DNA of 64,000 bases from Octopus sinensis (Eukaryota): the NCBI RefSeq assembly GCF_006345805.1, contig NC_043001.1, positions 117,738,001 through 117,802,000 on the forward strand, written 5' to 3'. Below, piece after piece: positions 30,457-41,679 of this stretch (positions within the stretch are counted from its first letter, which is position 1; each line of letters begins with the position of its first letter). Under the pieces are notes generated by a model. It did no database searches, had not been told where the DNA came from, and worked only from the letters and a program-made list of their open reading frames with translations. The translations under genes and the position numbers were made by a program.

Positions 30457-30650
30457 CACACGTGTGTAAGCTCCTATACAGCACTTAGTCATCATATGTG
30501 TGTAAATAAATCTAGGTGTGAACACACACAGACACATGCACACACACATATACATACATATACACACACATACATGCACACGTGTGTAAGCTCCTTTACA
30601 ACACTCAATCATCATATGTGTATAAATAAATCTAGACACGAACACACACA
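30457..30650. repeat. Diverged tandem duplication, 120-bp period
   Basis: CACACGTGTGTAAGCTCCT...TCATCATATGTGT..AAATAAATCTAG at ~30457 and ~30577. Confidence 0.85.
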
Positions 30651-30882
30651 CACACACACGCATACTGGATTGTCACGGTTGAAATACCTATGTATTATTT
30701 CCTTTTGTAGTGAACTGTTTCAGTAATATATTTTTATTGTAAATGATACAAGCATTTTGTTTGAAATGGGAAATTTATGCGGATTCAGTGTTTCTTAACC
30801 AATGGATTGGACACCAGCACACGCGCACTCATTCACATGTACAAGTATAAGTAATGCTTAATAAAGAATGCAACTTTATCAG

Positions 30883-30917
<35 letters not shown>

Positions 30918-31149
30918 ATTTTCTTTCTTTTTCTTTTTCTTTCTCTCTTTCCTCTTCCCCACATGCTCTTCATATGTTTTCTTATTCAATCAGAAGAGTA
31001 TATCACAAGTTAAAAGTTGCCTGCTATAAAATGTACATTAAGTGTCACTCGTTCTAGAAAGCACTGGAATCATATTGGAAAATCTGGCCAACCTTACTTT
31101 TGTTCCTAAATGAGATATTGCGTCACGAAATAAGATCAACAAAACGGTC

Positions 31150-31181
<32 letters not shown>

Positions 31182-31226
31182 AAACGACCGATAATAATAA
31201 TAATAATAATAATAATAGTAATAGTA

Positions 31227-31260
<34 letters not shown>

Positions 31261-31533
31261 AACAACAACAACAATAATAACATTAGTAAAAGTAATAATT
31301 GGTGCTAATAAAAATATGAATTAATAAATGAATTTATATAAACAAATGAATTAATAAAATAAAATAAAATTAGGAAGAAATTCTTGATTTAGTTTCAAAA
31401 TTAAAATATAAACTTGTAGATTCTAGTTATGATAAAGCCATTGTTAGTGTTCCTAGTGTTGGCTTCATTGATGTTTTGAAGGTGATGTTGATGTTTGTGT
31501 GAAGGATTAACATTGTTGACATTGAAGACTTAC

Positions 31534-31696
31534 CATTGTTGAGTCGAACTGCAAGAGGTTGTAATGTCGGAGTGTATGGAGCAATTGCTTTCAGGCTCTC
31601 GTCTGATTCATCGTAGACATCACGAATTTTGTACCCATTGTAAGATACCCTCTCACTATCGCTCTTCGTCTTTTTCACTAAAAATGACCGCGGCAT
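31534..31696 (-). CDS. scrt: First coding exon of a SNAG-domain Snail-superfamily zinc-finger repressor, most similar to Scratch
   Basis: ATG at 31696 gives MPRSFLVKKTKSDSERVSYNGYKIRDVYDESDESLKAIAPYTPTLQPLAVRLNN-G. MPRSFLVKK is the canonical SNAG motif. A consensus donor G|GTAAGT follows (intron starts 31533, phase 1; exon CDS 163 nt). KKxKxD after SNAG and an exon ending xNG| match my recollection of vertebrate SCRT1/2 exon 1. SNAG family is secure; Scratch versus Snail/Slug is inference because no zinc fingers are in the window. Confidence 0.85.
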
Positions 31697-31936
31697 TTTT
31701 CTTTTTTTTTTTTTTCAATATGTTTGTTGCTTTTTTTTTCCTTGATGTTATACAGAAATCGAAATTTGGATTGTAAAATCAATAATGTGATATTATTGAT
31801 AATATATTTTGCGTTGTTGTTGAGGATGTATAAGTTGCTTCTTTTTATAAATAAATTTTCAGTGTAAAATATATACCTTCATATCTATATATCTATATTA
31901 AACATTGTTATAAATATATATTTACATATGTGTATG

Positions 31937-31937
<1 letters not shown>

Positions 31938-32009
<72 letters not shown>
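31938..32009. repeat. (GATA)n microsatellite in the presumptive 5' leader of the Scratch-like gene
   Basis: Perfect AGAT tandem array between the candidate TSS and the ATG. Confidence 0.95.
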
Positions 32010-32010
<1 letters not shown>

Positions 32011-32779
32011 TGCGTATATGTGTATGTATGTGTGTATGTATGCGTGTTTATGTTATTCCCTCAAGGAATGTTATATATTGCTTTTTTTGCCTTTGTGCAG
32101 TAATTTATATACATCCATGCATATGCATAGATGTATATATATATATGTGTGTGTATGTGTATACACACACACACACTTATTGGCTGATATCTGTATAAAA
32201 ATGCATACAGGTATTTGTGTATATTATATATATGTATAAATATTATCTATACATAGAAACGTATATATTTGTTTTTCTTAATTTGCCATTCTAATTTTCT
32301 TTTATTTTTACAAATAATTATGCAAATTAAATAAATTATTTTCACAATATTTTGTGTACTCTGTGTTTATCTTTGGAATGCTTTTAGATGTTTTTGTTGC
32401 CAGTGGTAAAACAATTGGTGTTATTGATATTTATCGATTAAAAAAAAATGTTGTTATGTTGTTGGTGATAACAGTTGCTTTGTTTTTGTAGTCTAATAAA
32501 TTCTTAAAATATTTTAAGGACTTCCCGCATTTCGATTTGTTGTTGCTGTTGTCTACTTATTGTTGCTTTTTTTTTTTTTTTTTAGTTGTTGTCTTTAACT
32601 TTTTTCTGTTTTGTTTGTTATATCATTTTTTTTCTTTTTTTCTTTTATCATTATTTCTTTGTTCTGAATTTCTTAAACGTGTTTGTTGTGATGTGTTGCT
32701 TGATTTGCTGGTCCCGCGGTAAATGCGTCAGCACCATCACATAACAAGTAGTAATAATTTCATCCAGCGATAGAGACAG

Positions 32780-32825
32780 CGTTTGAACTGGTCCATGCGC
32801 TGCCGCCGCGTCCCGATATAGCAAT
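32780..32825 (-). promoter_or_regulatory. Candidate core promoter of the Scratch-like gene (TATA-like box plus initiator)
   Basis: Minus strand reads GCTATATCGGGACGCGGCGGCAGCGCATGGACCAGTT. TATAT begins at 32820, 31 nt upstream of the A (32789) of an Inr-like CCAGTT. It lies in a unique GC/CpG-rich island about 1.1 kb upstream of the ATG. Confidence 0.5.
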
Positions 32826-33983
32826 CAGGTTTGAAAGAGAAAGTAGGAGAAGGCTTGCAGAACTCGGGAGGTGTCTTTGGCACTGACCTGAGACGAGTCT
32901 AGACGAATGCAGTTGTTGGATGTGCTCTGAGCGTGTATCACTGGTTGGTTGCTGCTGCTGCCACCACCATCGCTACGTCGTTATAGATTAAGGGTAAAGT
33001 CAATGATGAGGTGGAAGGGGGAGGAGGAAGAAGAAGAAGAAGAGAGGTAGGTGTTGGGAGCGAGGGAGAGGAAAGACGAAGACAGGGAGTAAGCGATTGA
33101 TGGGGGAATTAAGGATGAAGGAAGAGGGGAGTGGGAAGCAGAGTAGGAGGAAGAGGAGTAGAAGGAGGTTACATAAAGAGAAAAAATAACGAAGCGAGAG
33201 AGAAAGAGAGTAGTAGAGAGAGCGAGAGAGAGAGAGAGAGAAAGAGATATGTAAGAGAGGGATGGCGTCGGAAAAGAAGTATATTGCAATAATATGAAGA
33301 TGTAAAACAAAAAGAAAACGATGAAGTTAGGTGATGACAAAGGTGGTGGTGGTGGTGGTTATGGGGGGAGGTAGTGTTTTAAAGTCCAAGGAGAAAAGGA
33401 GGAAGAGGAAGGAATGAAGAAGGAGGGAAAGTGGTAGAAAGAGGAGAAAGTTACATTATGAAGCGAAAGCCAAAATGTTGACGCTTGTTGTTGTTGGCGT
33501 ATTTGTTGTCCTTGTTTACAGGTTTCTAACAAGACATTTTCAGGATGGACATAGTCGCGCGCACACACACACAGCATCACACGAATTCACGCGCTCACGT
33601 GCACACACACACACGCGCAGGTGCACGCAGCCATACGCACACTCACTAATAATAAATGATACACGCTCATACGTGCGCGCACACAAACACACACGCACTG
33701 ATAGGAGAGCCAACAGGCGCTGAGGCCAACAGTTGAGAACAGTTTGCCAACGAAGCCACCACTTTTCTTGTTACATGTTCTTATTTTATTATTTTTTATT
33801 TTATTTTACTTTAAATTATGTCGTCATCTTCTCACCTTTTTCTTCTTTGCCACAAAATGATTCACTTATAAAACATCATTACAGTGACGGTAGTCATTTT
33901 TTTTTTTTTACGGTGTATGAGAGTATGTGTACATAAATCTCGCTTTTTTTGTGAGGGGGGGGTATATACATATTCAAAAAATA

Positions 33984-34040
33984 TGGTTAGGATTCCTGGC
34001 TTTCACCCAGTCGGCCCGGTTTCGATTCCCGGCATGGGAA
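33984..34040 (+). pseudogene. 5'-truncated tRNA-Glu(TTC) copy
   Basis: TGGTTAGGATTCCTGGCTTTCACCCAGTCGGCCCGGTTTCGATTCCCGGCATGGGAA is the D-loop 3' half, anticodon arm (CTGG-CTTTCAC-CCAG, anticodon TTC), T arm and 3' acceptor strand of metazoan tRNA-Glu. The 5' acceptor strand is missing, so no cloverleaf can form. Confidence 0.85.
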
Positions 34041-34215
34041 CGTCTTTCTGAATGGCGGTGCCCCAGCATGGCCACAGCTAGATAAACTAGATAAAATATA
34101 AAAATATATATATATATATAAAATATATATATGTAGCTTGATCACACACACAAACACAAATATACACACGAACGCATACGGACACATATACAACACATGC
34201 GTACATATATACATA

Positions 34216-34261
<46 letters not shown>

Positions 34262-35135
34262 TGTATGTGTGTGTATGTGTGTGTGTGTGCGTGTGTGTGT
34301 GTGTTTATCTTGTGTTGCTTTCTTTAATTCCCTTTTTCTATTATTGTATACGAGTGTTCAAATGACATTGGAAAAAAAAAATGTAAGGATTTCAGGAAAA
34401 TAGTTACGGTCGATGCTAGAGGGGGGGGGACAAATGGATAATAATGGTATATAGATTATTATCGTTGTTGTTATTGTTGTTAACTTTATTAGAGTGAGTA
34501 GATAATATATACATTAGACATTGTCATGTCATCGTGTCACCTCCTTAGGTTATAGATTACATTATTGCGGTCGTCGTCGTCGTCGTGGTAGTTGTAGAAT
34601 TACTTATTATTATTGTTGATGCTTTCTCGAATAGTCGCAGAGCGTGCTCTGTTTGTTTCATTTCGCTACACTATTTTTTTTTTTTCCTACTTCCTGATAT
34701 TCTAAGAATAAGAAGAAAAAATTGATATTTTTCTAATTGCTACTGATGTCGTTTCAGAAGAATACATTTTTGTTCATTTGTTGTTGGTGTTGTTGTTGTT
34801 GGTGGTGGTAGTGGTGGTGGTCGTGGTTGTAGTGGTGGTACATTTGTTTATTGTATTATTTGACAACGTTGATAATGTTGCAAATAACAATAATGGTAAT
34901 AAAAGGAGGCGGGTGGTGGTGGTAACAGAGTTGCTGGAAAGATGTGAGTGTCCTCTGTACAATAGACGGAAGCAGGGTCTATACAAGAAGATAAAACGAC
35001 AACAATCGCAAAAGTAATATTGTTGTTGTGATTGTTAAAGCAACTCCTTATTAAAATTTTTTATTTTTATAACTATTCTTTACCCGAATTACAAGCAATT
35101 CTTCTATTTCATCATCATCATTCATCATCATCATC

Positions 35136-35192
<57 letters not shown>

Positions 35193-35964
35193 TGTTGTTG
35201 TTGTTGTAGTAGTAGTACAGCAGCAGTAGCAGCAGCAGTGGTTGTGGTAGTAGTAGTATAATTACAGCAGTAAATATCAATGGTCAATAAGTATACATAG
35301 AGAGAGGAGGGAGGGAGGGAGGGAGGGAGGAGGGAAATCGAAATAGAGATAAACAAAAGAAATGTACACATATATATATATATATATATACACACATACA
35401 TATGTAACACGCATAACAAGCATGCGTAGATAATCTTCGTGTGTTTTCTTTTTATTGCAAATAAACAATAGTTTTGACATTTGTTGGGGGTGTTACGTTC
35501 GTAACATAACATAACATGACAACTCGCATGTGACAGCAGCGATTCACCACTCAGCAACAAACGGTGAACAACAAATGCTACGAAGACGAAACCCCTCCGT
35601 GGTAGCTCGGCCTCCTAGAAGGAGTAGCCAGACCATCCTACTCAAAAATGACAATATGTATGTATGTGTGTTTGTGTGTCTGTGTGTGTCTGTGTGTATT
35701 TATGTATGCATTGTCTGTTTGTAGGTATATGTGTATGTGTGCATGTGTGTTTATATATATATATATATCACGTGATCACGTGACCGACCAGGCTATCAGA
35801 TGTTGCTACACATCGCTGGTCACAATGCGCTTCGCACTATTTTAGCCTTTTCAAATACTTAGATACTTAGTTTTGCCATGCCGACATATAAACAATCTCA
35901 TATGAAAGTGGATGCGTGTCGACACGTATATTATATATATACACACACACACAAATATATATAT

Positions 35965-36425
35965 ATATACATACATACATACATACATACATACATACAT
36001 ACATACATACATACATACATACATGCATACATACATACATACATGCATACATACATACATACATACATACATACATACACATACATGCATACATACATAC
36101 ATACATGCATACATACATACATACATACATACATACATACATACATACATGCACACACATACATACATACATACATACATACATACATACATACATACAT
36201 ACATACATACACACACACATACATACATACATACATACATACATACATACACACATACATACACACATACATACATACATACATACACACATACATACAT
36301 ACACACATACATACATGCATACATACATACATACATACATACATACACACATACATACATACACACATACGTACATACATACATACATACATATATACAT
36401 ACATACATACATATATACATACATA
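35965..36425. repeat. Long (TACA)n microsatellite
   Basis: Direct inspection; source of the MYVC and HTYI ORFs. Confidence 0.95.
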
Positions 36426-36636
36426 TATATATATATAGTCTCTTTGAGAAATGTAGTTTTGTAGTCTTAGATACACTACTAGAATACAAGACAGTGTTGT
36501 CATACGTCGAATGACTTTGGACAGAGGCCGACTTAATCGTTGTTGATAATAAATGCAACGAAGACAGAAAAGAGCAGGAAAGGAAAAGCAAATCACTCGA
36601 ATATAAATAAATGCCTACATAACTATCGATTTAGAC

Positions 36637-36727
<91 letters not shown>

Positions 36728-37122
36728 GGTGGTGGTGGTGGTGGTGGTAGTAGGCTCCGACGATTTAATTTTACAACAGAAATGTGTAGTATGTAAGCTA
36801 GTTCAAGGACGAATAAATATACAAATGAATCAAGTGGAGCAATGCACGGGTGGATGTTGGCTGACGGTCCCCCTACTTAAATTATATTTGAAGGTAGGTT
36901 AGGAAGGATAGGAGGAGTGGGTGTGGCGGGTGGTGGTGGTGGTGGTGGTGGTGGTGGTGGTGTAGAGGTGGTCCTAGTTTTGGTTTGATGAACTCGTCGG
37001 TGGTGGTTAGAGAAACGGGAAGCCGGTAAGAGAAAGTAATGTCAACAACACCACCATCCACAACAACAATGGTAATAAGGATGGTGATGAGAATGATGAT
37101 GATCATGATGATGATGATGAGA

Positions 37123-37159
<37 letters not shown>

Positions 37160-37234
37160 CTTTTATTTTTGATTTGGTACTTTTATTGTCTCCGAAAAGA
37201 TGAAAGGCAAAGTTGACCCCGACGAGCAACAACA

Positions 37235-37292
<58 letters not shown>

Positions 37293-38279
37293 TAATAGTA
37301 ATAATAATAATAGTGGTCGTCGTCGTCGTGGTTAAAGTAGGAGTAAGAATAAGTAAAAATTAAAAACTACAGTCAACGAGGTGGTCAGACTTGAAGTGGA
37401 AGGGTTTAGAGAGATGAAAAGAGAAAAGGTTATTGGGAATAGAAAAACAAAAATGATGGCACACTGGACGGGTATGAATGCGGGTGGGAAATTAAGAGTA
37501 GAAAGAAGAACATGGATACGAAGAAACATAAACAGAAAGTAAAAGGAAAGACTGGGAGAACAATACATGTGATTAATGAGTGAGTGTGAGATTTGAGTGA
37601 ATCATCTGAGTGCAGGGTGGAGTGCTGAGTATAGGTGAAGCTTTAGCGAAAAGCGTGGCTTTCTTTTTTACTTGCATAAACAGTAGCGTTTAACCACGCC
37701 CACCAAGCTTACCACCTTTGCTTGGTGTGACTAGTCGACTTCAGTGGCCAATGGACTGATGAGTGTAGGTCGAAGTGAAATGCTAGTAGTGACAACAACA
37801 GCGGCAAGAACACCAAACTAACAGTTACTTATACTTATACACAACTTCTCATACTTCTAGAGGGAAAGGGAAATTGTGACATACATGCCTCTCCCAAGCA
37901 ATAGAAGTGTAAACTATTTTCAAACGGCAATCAAAAGAGGGGGGGGGCGTCTGAAAATTCGGTTCTTGGAGACCTCGACATCACATCACAACCACGTGAC
38001 TTTTCACCACCACCGCGAGATTCATCGCTGCTATTCATTTTAGCAACACCAACAATGATATAACGACACGGACAGTAAAAATAAGTACTATTTTTTCTAG
38101 TACATAAACACGTGCGCGCGCGTGCACACACATACAACTAAGTACGCGCGAATGTATACACGTAAGTACATACGTATGGATGTATGTATGTATGCATGCA
38201 TGTATGTCGATATAAGAAAAGAGAAAGGGAAATTCAGGTGGGCAGAATATACATGCGTATGTATGTGAAGGGAATAACA

Positions 38280-38307
38280 TGCATGCATACATACATACAT
38301 ACATACA

Positions 38308-38341
<34 letters not shown>

Positions 38342-38405
38342 CATACATATATACATGCATACATACATACATACATACATGCATACATACATACATACAT
38401 ACATG

Positions 38406-38437
<32 letters not shown>

Positions 38438-38621
38438 CATACATGCATACATACATACATATATACATACATACATACATACATACATACAATACATACA
38501 TACAATACATACATACATACAATACATACATACAATACATACATACATACATACATATATACATACATACATACATACATATATACATACATACATACAC
38601 ACACATACATACATACATACA

Positions 38622-38655
<34 letters not shown>

Positions 38656-38755
38656 CATACATACATACATACATACACACACACATACATACATACATAC
38701 ATACATACATACATACATACACACACACATACATACATACATACATACATACAAA

Positions 38756-38786
<31 letters not shown>

Positions 38787-38832
38787 TACATACATACATA
38801 CATACATACATACATACATACATACATACATA
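38280..38832. repeat. Long (TACA)n microsatellite
   Basis: Direct inspection. Confidence 0.95.
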
Positions 38833-39085
38833 CTCATCTATCCGTAAGATAATAGAAAAGAGGGGGAAAGGGGGAAGGGATAAGAGAAAACAAAAATAAG
38901 CAAAGAAAAAGGAGACAAGAAGAAACTAGAAAGGGGGGAAGAGAAGAGAAAGGTTTTGTGGACGAGCGAGTGTTGTATAAGACCCACCCACCCACCCCTC
39001 CTCCTCCCGTACTACGTTATTGCTCAGTCGAAAAACTAATAAATAAAATAAGAAAAAAAGGAAAAGGAGAAGGACCCGCCCATAC

Positions 39086-39165
39086 CTTCCTCCTACTCGC
39101 GCGCGGCAAGCACGCGACCAGATGAATGGCAAGTTCGTGTGGATTCTGCGCGGGAGTAGAAGAAG
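39086..39165 (+). ncRNA. Candidate pre-miRNA-like hairpin
   Basis: Hand fold: CTTC/GAAG, CTACTC/GAGTAG, CGCGCGG/CTGCGCG, AA/TT, CACGCGA/TCGTGTG, CCA/TGG closing the loop GATGAA. Two G-U pairs favour the plus strand. No expression evidence. Confidence 0.3.
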
Positions 39166-39387
39166 ACGGCTTCTTTTTTTTTTTCTCTCTCTCTCTCTCT
39201 CTCTCTTCACTCCCACCCCCGAAGCAACCCTCTTTCAGAACAGCTGCTTGTCCTTCCATTCGCCTGCCTGCCTGCCTGCCTGCCTGCCTGCTTTGCCTGC
39301 CTTTTGCTCGCTTTACCAGCTTCTTTTCTTACTGCCAGTTATCATCATCAGCAACATCAACGCCATCACCAACCAGTCCACCATCTC

Positions 39388-39405
39388 CTTCTTCTTCTCC
39401 TTCTT

Positions 39406-39436
<31 letters not shown>

Positions 39437-39745
39437 TTCTTCTTCTTCTCTTCTTCTTTTTCTCCTTCTTCTCCTTCTTTTTCTTCTTCTTCTTTCTTCT
39501 TCTTCTTATTCTTCTTCTTCTTCTTCTCCTTCTCTTCTTCTTCTCTTCTTCTTCTTCTCCTTTTCTTCTTCTTCTTCTTCTCCTTCTTCTTCTTCTTCTT
39601 CTCTTCTTCTCCTTCTTCTTTCTCTTCTTCTTCTTCTTCTTCTTATTCTTCTTCTTCTTCTTCTCTTCTTATTCTTCTTCTTCTTCTTCTTCTTCTTCTT
39701 CTTCTTCTCTCTTCTTCTTCTTCTTCTCCTTCTTCTTCTCCTTCT
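39388..39745. repeat. (TTC)n polypyrimidine microsatellite
   Basis: Direct inspection. Confidence 0.95.
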
Positions 39746-40620
39746 ATTTATCTCTCTTCCTCTTTTCATTCTTTCATTTAGTCTTACTTTCCGTTTCCAC
39801 CCAACAATCTTCTCTCTTTTTCCCTCTTTCTTTCTATCTTCAAATAAGTCCCAGAATATAAACTTTTTTTTTTTTAGCAGTGAGATGGGTAGGAAGTACA
39901 ATTAATAGTGTTAGCTGTTGCTAGTTGGTTGGTCGCTCGCTTGCTTACTTGCCTTCTTGCTTAGCCCCAAGCTAACTCTGACCCAAGCGATCCCAAATCA
40001 AAAGCTTTCCAGCCATAACCAACCCTGTTGGCGATAATGGCATTGTAGTCGTTGTTGTTTAGACCCCAGTCAACTCTGATCACGCGAAAATATAATCAAA
40101 GATATTCCAACCGTGACCATTCTGCCAATTAAGGTGTCTGAAAAACTACATTGTTCAATGTGTCCATTCTTTTCCCAAAATGGCAGGATGTCATTTAAGA
40201 GGGAACTGGCTATTATTTCTAGTAAGTCGAACGATTTAACAGATGTTGTTCCAGCCGTTGATAATGATACTGGTGTTAGTGATTTTAACGAGGCTACGAG
40301 TGATAAATAATATTAACACTGTTATTCATTCTGTTGTTTATATTATTATTTTTATCCTTATAAGCAGTATCGTTAAAGTCGGAAAGGATATCATGCGGTT
40401 TTTCTTCCGGTTCCTTACATCTTGGGTTCAAATACCACCGAGGTCCATTTTGCCTTTCAGACCTTCAGGGATTGATAAAATAAAATGAGGTTGATGCGAT
40501 CGTCTGGTTCCCTTTCCTCCCTCCCCCCAAAAAACGGCTGTCCTTACGCCAAAATTAGAAAGAATTATTATAGTTATCTTGCTTGTTATTAATGATGATT
40601 GTGTTGTTGATGCTGTTGCT

Positions 40621-40825
40621 AAGGCGGTGAGCTGGTAGAATCGTTAGCTCATTGGCCAAAATGCTCAGCGAAATTTCACCAAAGTTCAAATTCCGCCGAG
40701 GTCAACTTTGCCTTTCATCATTTCGGAGTCATTAAAATAAGTATCAGTTGAGTATTGGGGGGGGGGTCAATGTAACCGACTAACCCACTACCGCGAAATT
40801 GCTGGCCTTGTACCAAAATTTGAAA
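40621..40825 (+). mobile_element. SINE family B copy
   Basis: GGCGGTGAGCTGGTAGAATCGTTAGC...GTTCAAATTCCGCCGAGGTCAACTTTGCCTTTCATC...AAATTGCTGGCCTTGTACCAAAATTTGAAA, then a TTA tail. Confidence 0.8.
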
Positions 40826-40843
40826 TTATTATTATGTTTGTTG

Positions 40844-40884
<41 letters not shown>

Positions 40885-41433
40885 GAGTGAGAGAGCAGTT
40901 CATGCCATCAAAGTGACACTGGGGTAAAATATACGAAGCCCAATATACCCATCATGACTACCCGTCTGATAAGGGTACACCAGGCACATGCATCAAAACC
41001 ATATGTGCGCGACATGGTGATCTCATATCAAGATAAACAGCGCATGACCTTGCAGGTGGGGCCCAGTTAGAATTTTCTTCAGGTTGAGTAGCCCATCCCG
41101 CTCAAACGGTCCCTGAATAAGGGTTGTTTAAGGATGTTGAAAAAACCACCCATGTTTCCAGAGGTGAATTATTCAAACCCCAAAGAATCCCTATCAACAC
41201 ATGGCTATGATGCTCCCCCACTACTTCTGCTCGTGATCAGAGATGCACATATCGTCAGCCACTAAGGGACATGCTCAACTGGTTATAGTCAAACAACTGA
41301 CAAGCAAATCTGTGGTATTGAGCAGAATATTTGTTGTAGCCCATCTTTTATACCAAGACAAAACAATGTACATGATAACACTTCCAATCAGTTAAGATCA
41401 GAAGCCATGAGAGCCACTGCCTGGTACTGCATC
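40885..41433 (-). mobile_element. ~520-550-bp non-coding TAA-associated element, copy 2
   Basis: GAGTGAGAGAGCAG...GAGCCACTGCCTGGTACTGCATC between (TTA)n tracts; homologous to copies 1 and 3. Confidence 0.85.
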
Positions 41434-41451
41434 TATTATTATCATTATTAA

Positions 41452-41660
41452 GAAGGCAACGAGCTGGTTGAATCGTTAGCACACCGGGCAAAATGATTTG
41501 CGTTATTTTGTTTGTCTTTACGTTCTGAGTTCAAATGCCGCCGAGGTCGACTTTGCCTTTCATATTTCGGGGTTGGCAAAATAAATACCAGCTGAGAGCA
41601 CTGGGGTCGATGTAATCGACTGACCGGAATTGCTGGCCTTGTGCTAAAATTTGGAACCAT
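41452..41660 (+). mobile_element. SINE family B copy
   Basis: GGCAACGAGCTGGTTGAATCGTTAGCACACCGGGC...CTGAGTTCAAATGCCGCCGAGGTCGACTTTGCCTTTC. Confidence 0.8.
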
Positions 41661-41679
41661 CATTGTTGTTGTTGTTGTT

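Noticed and set aside
31427-31533. C-terminal part of the 89-aa SNAG ORF (KSSMSTMLIL...)
   Set aside because: Read-through past a consensus GTAAGT donor; treated as intron.
32726-32785. RE1/NRSE-like half sites (TCAGCACC ... GACAGCG)
   Set aside because: The spacing is far from the canonical RE1, and REST is not an established mollusc regulator; probably chance.
33984-34040. Functional tRNA-Glu gene
   Set aside because: The 5' acceptor strand and part of the D arm are absent, and there are stem mismatches.
35851-38899. Long ORFs of 180-260 aa (MYVC/HTYI repeats), and similar ones at 27449-28402, 39122-39905 and 60009-60813
   Set aside because: They are translations of (TACA)n, (TA)n, (CA)n and (TTC)n microsatellites that lack stops by composition; no protein signal.
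41230-41275. CTGACGA on the minus strand of the 520-bp element as a hammerhead core
   Set aside because: No stem II followed by GAAA at a workable distance.
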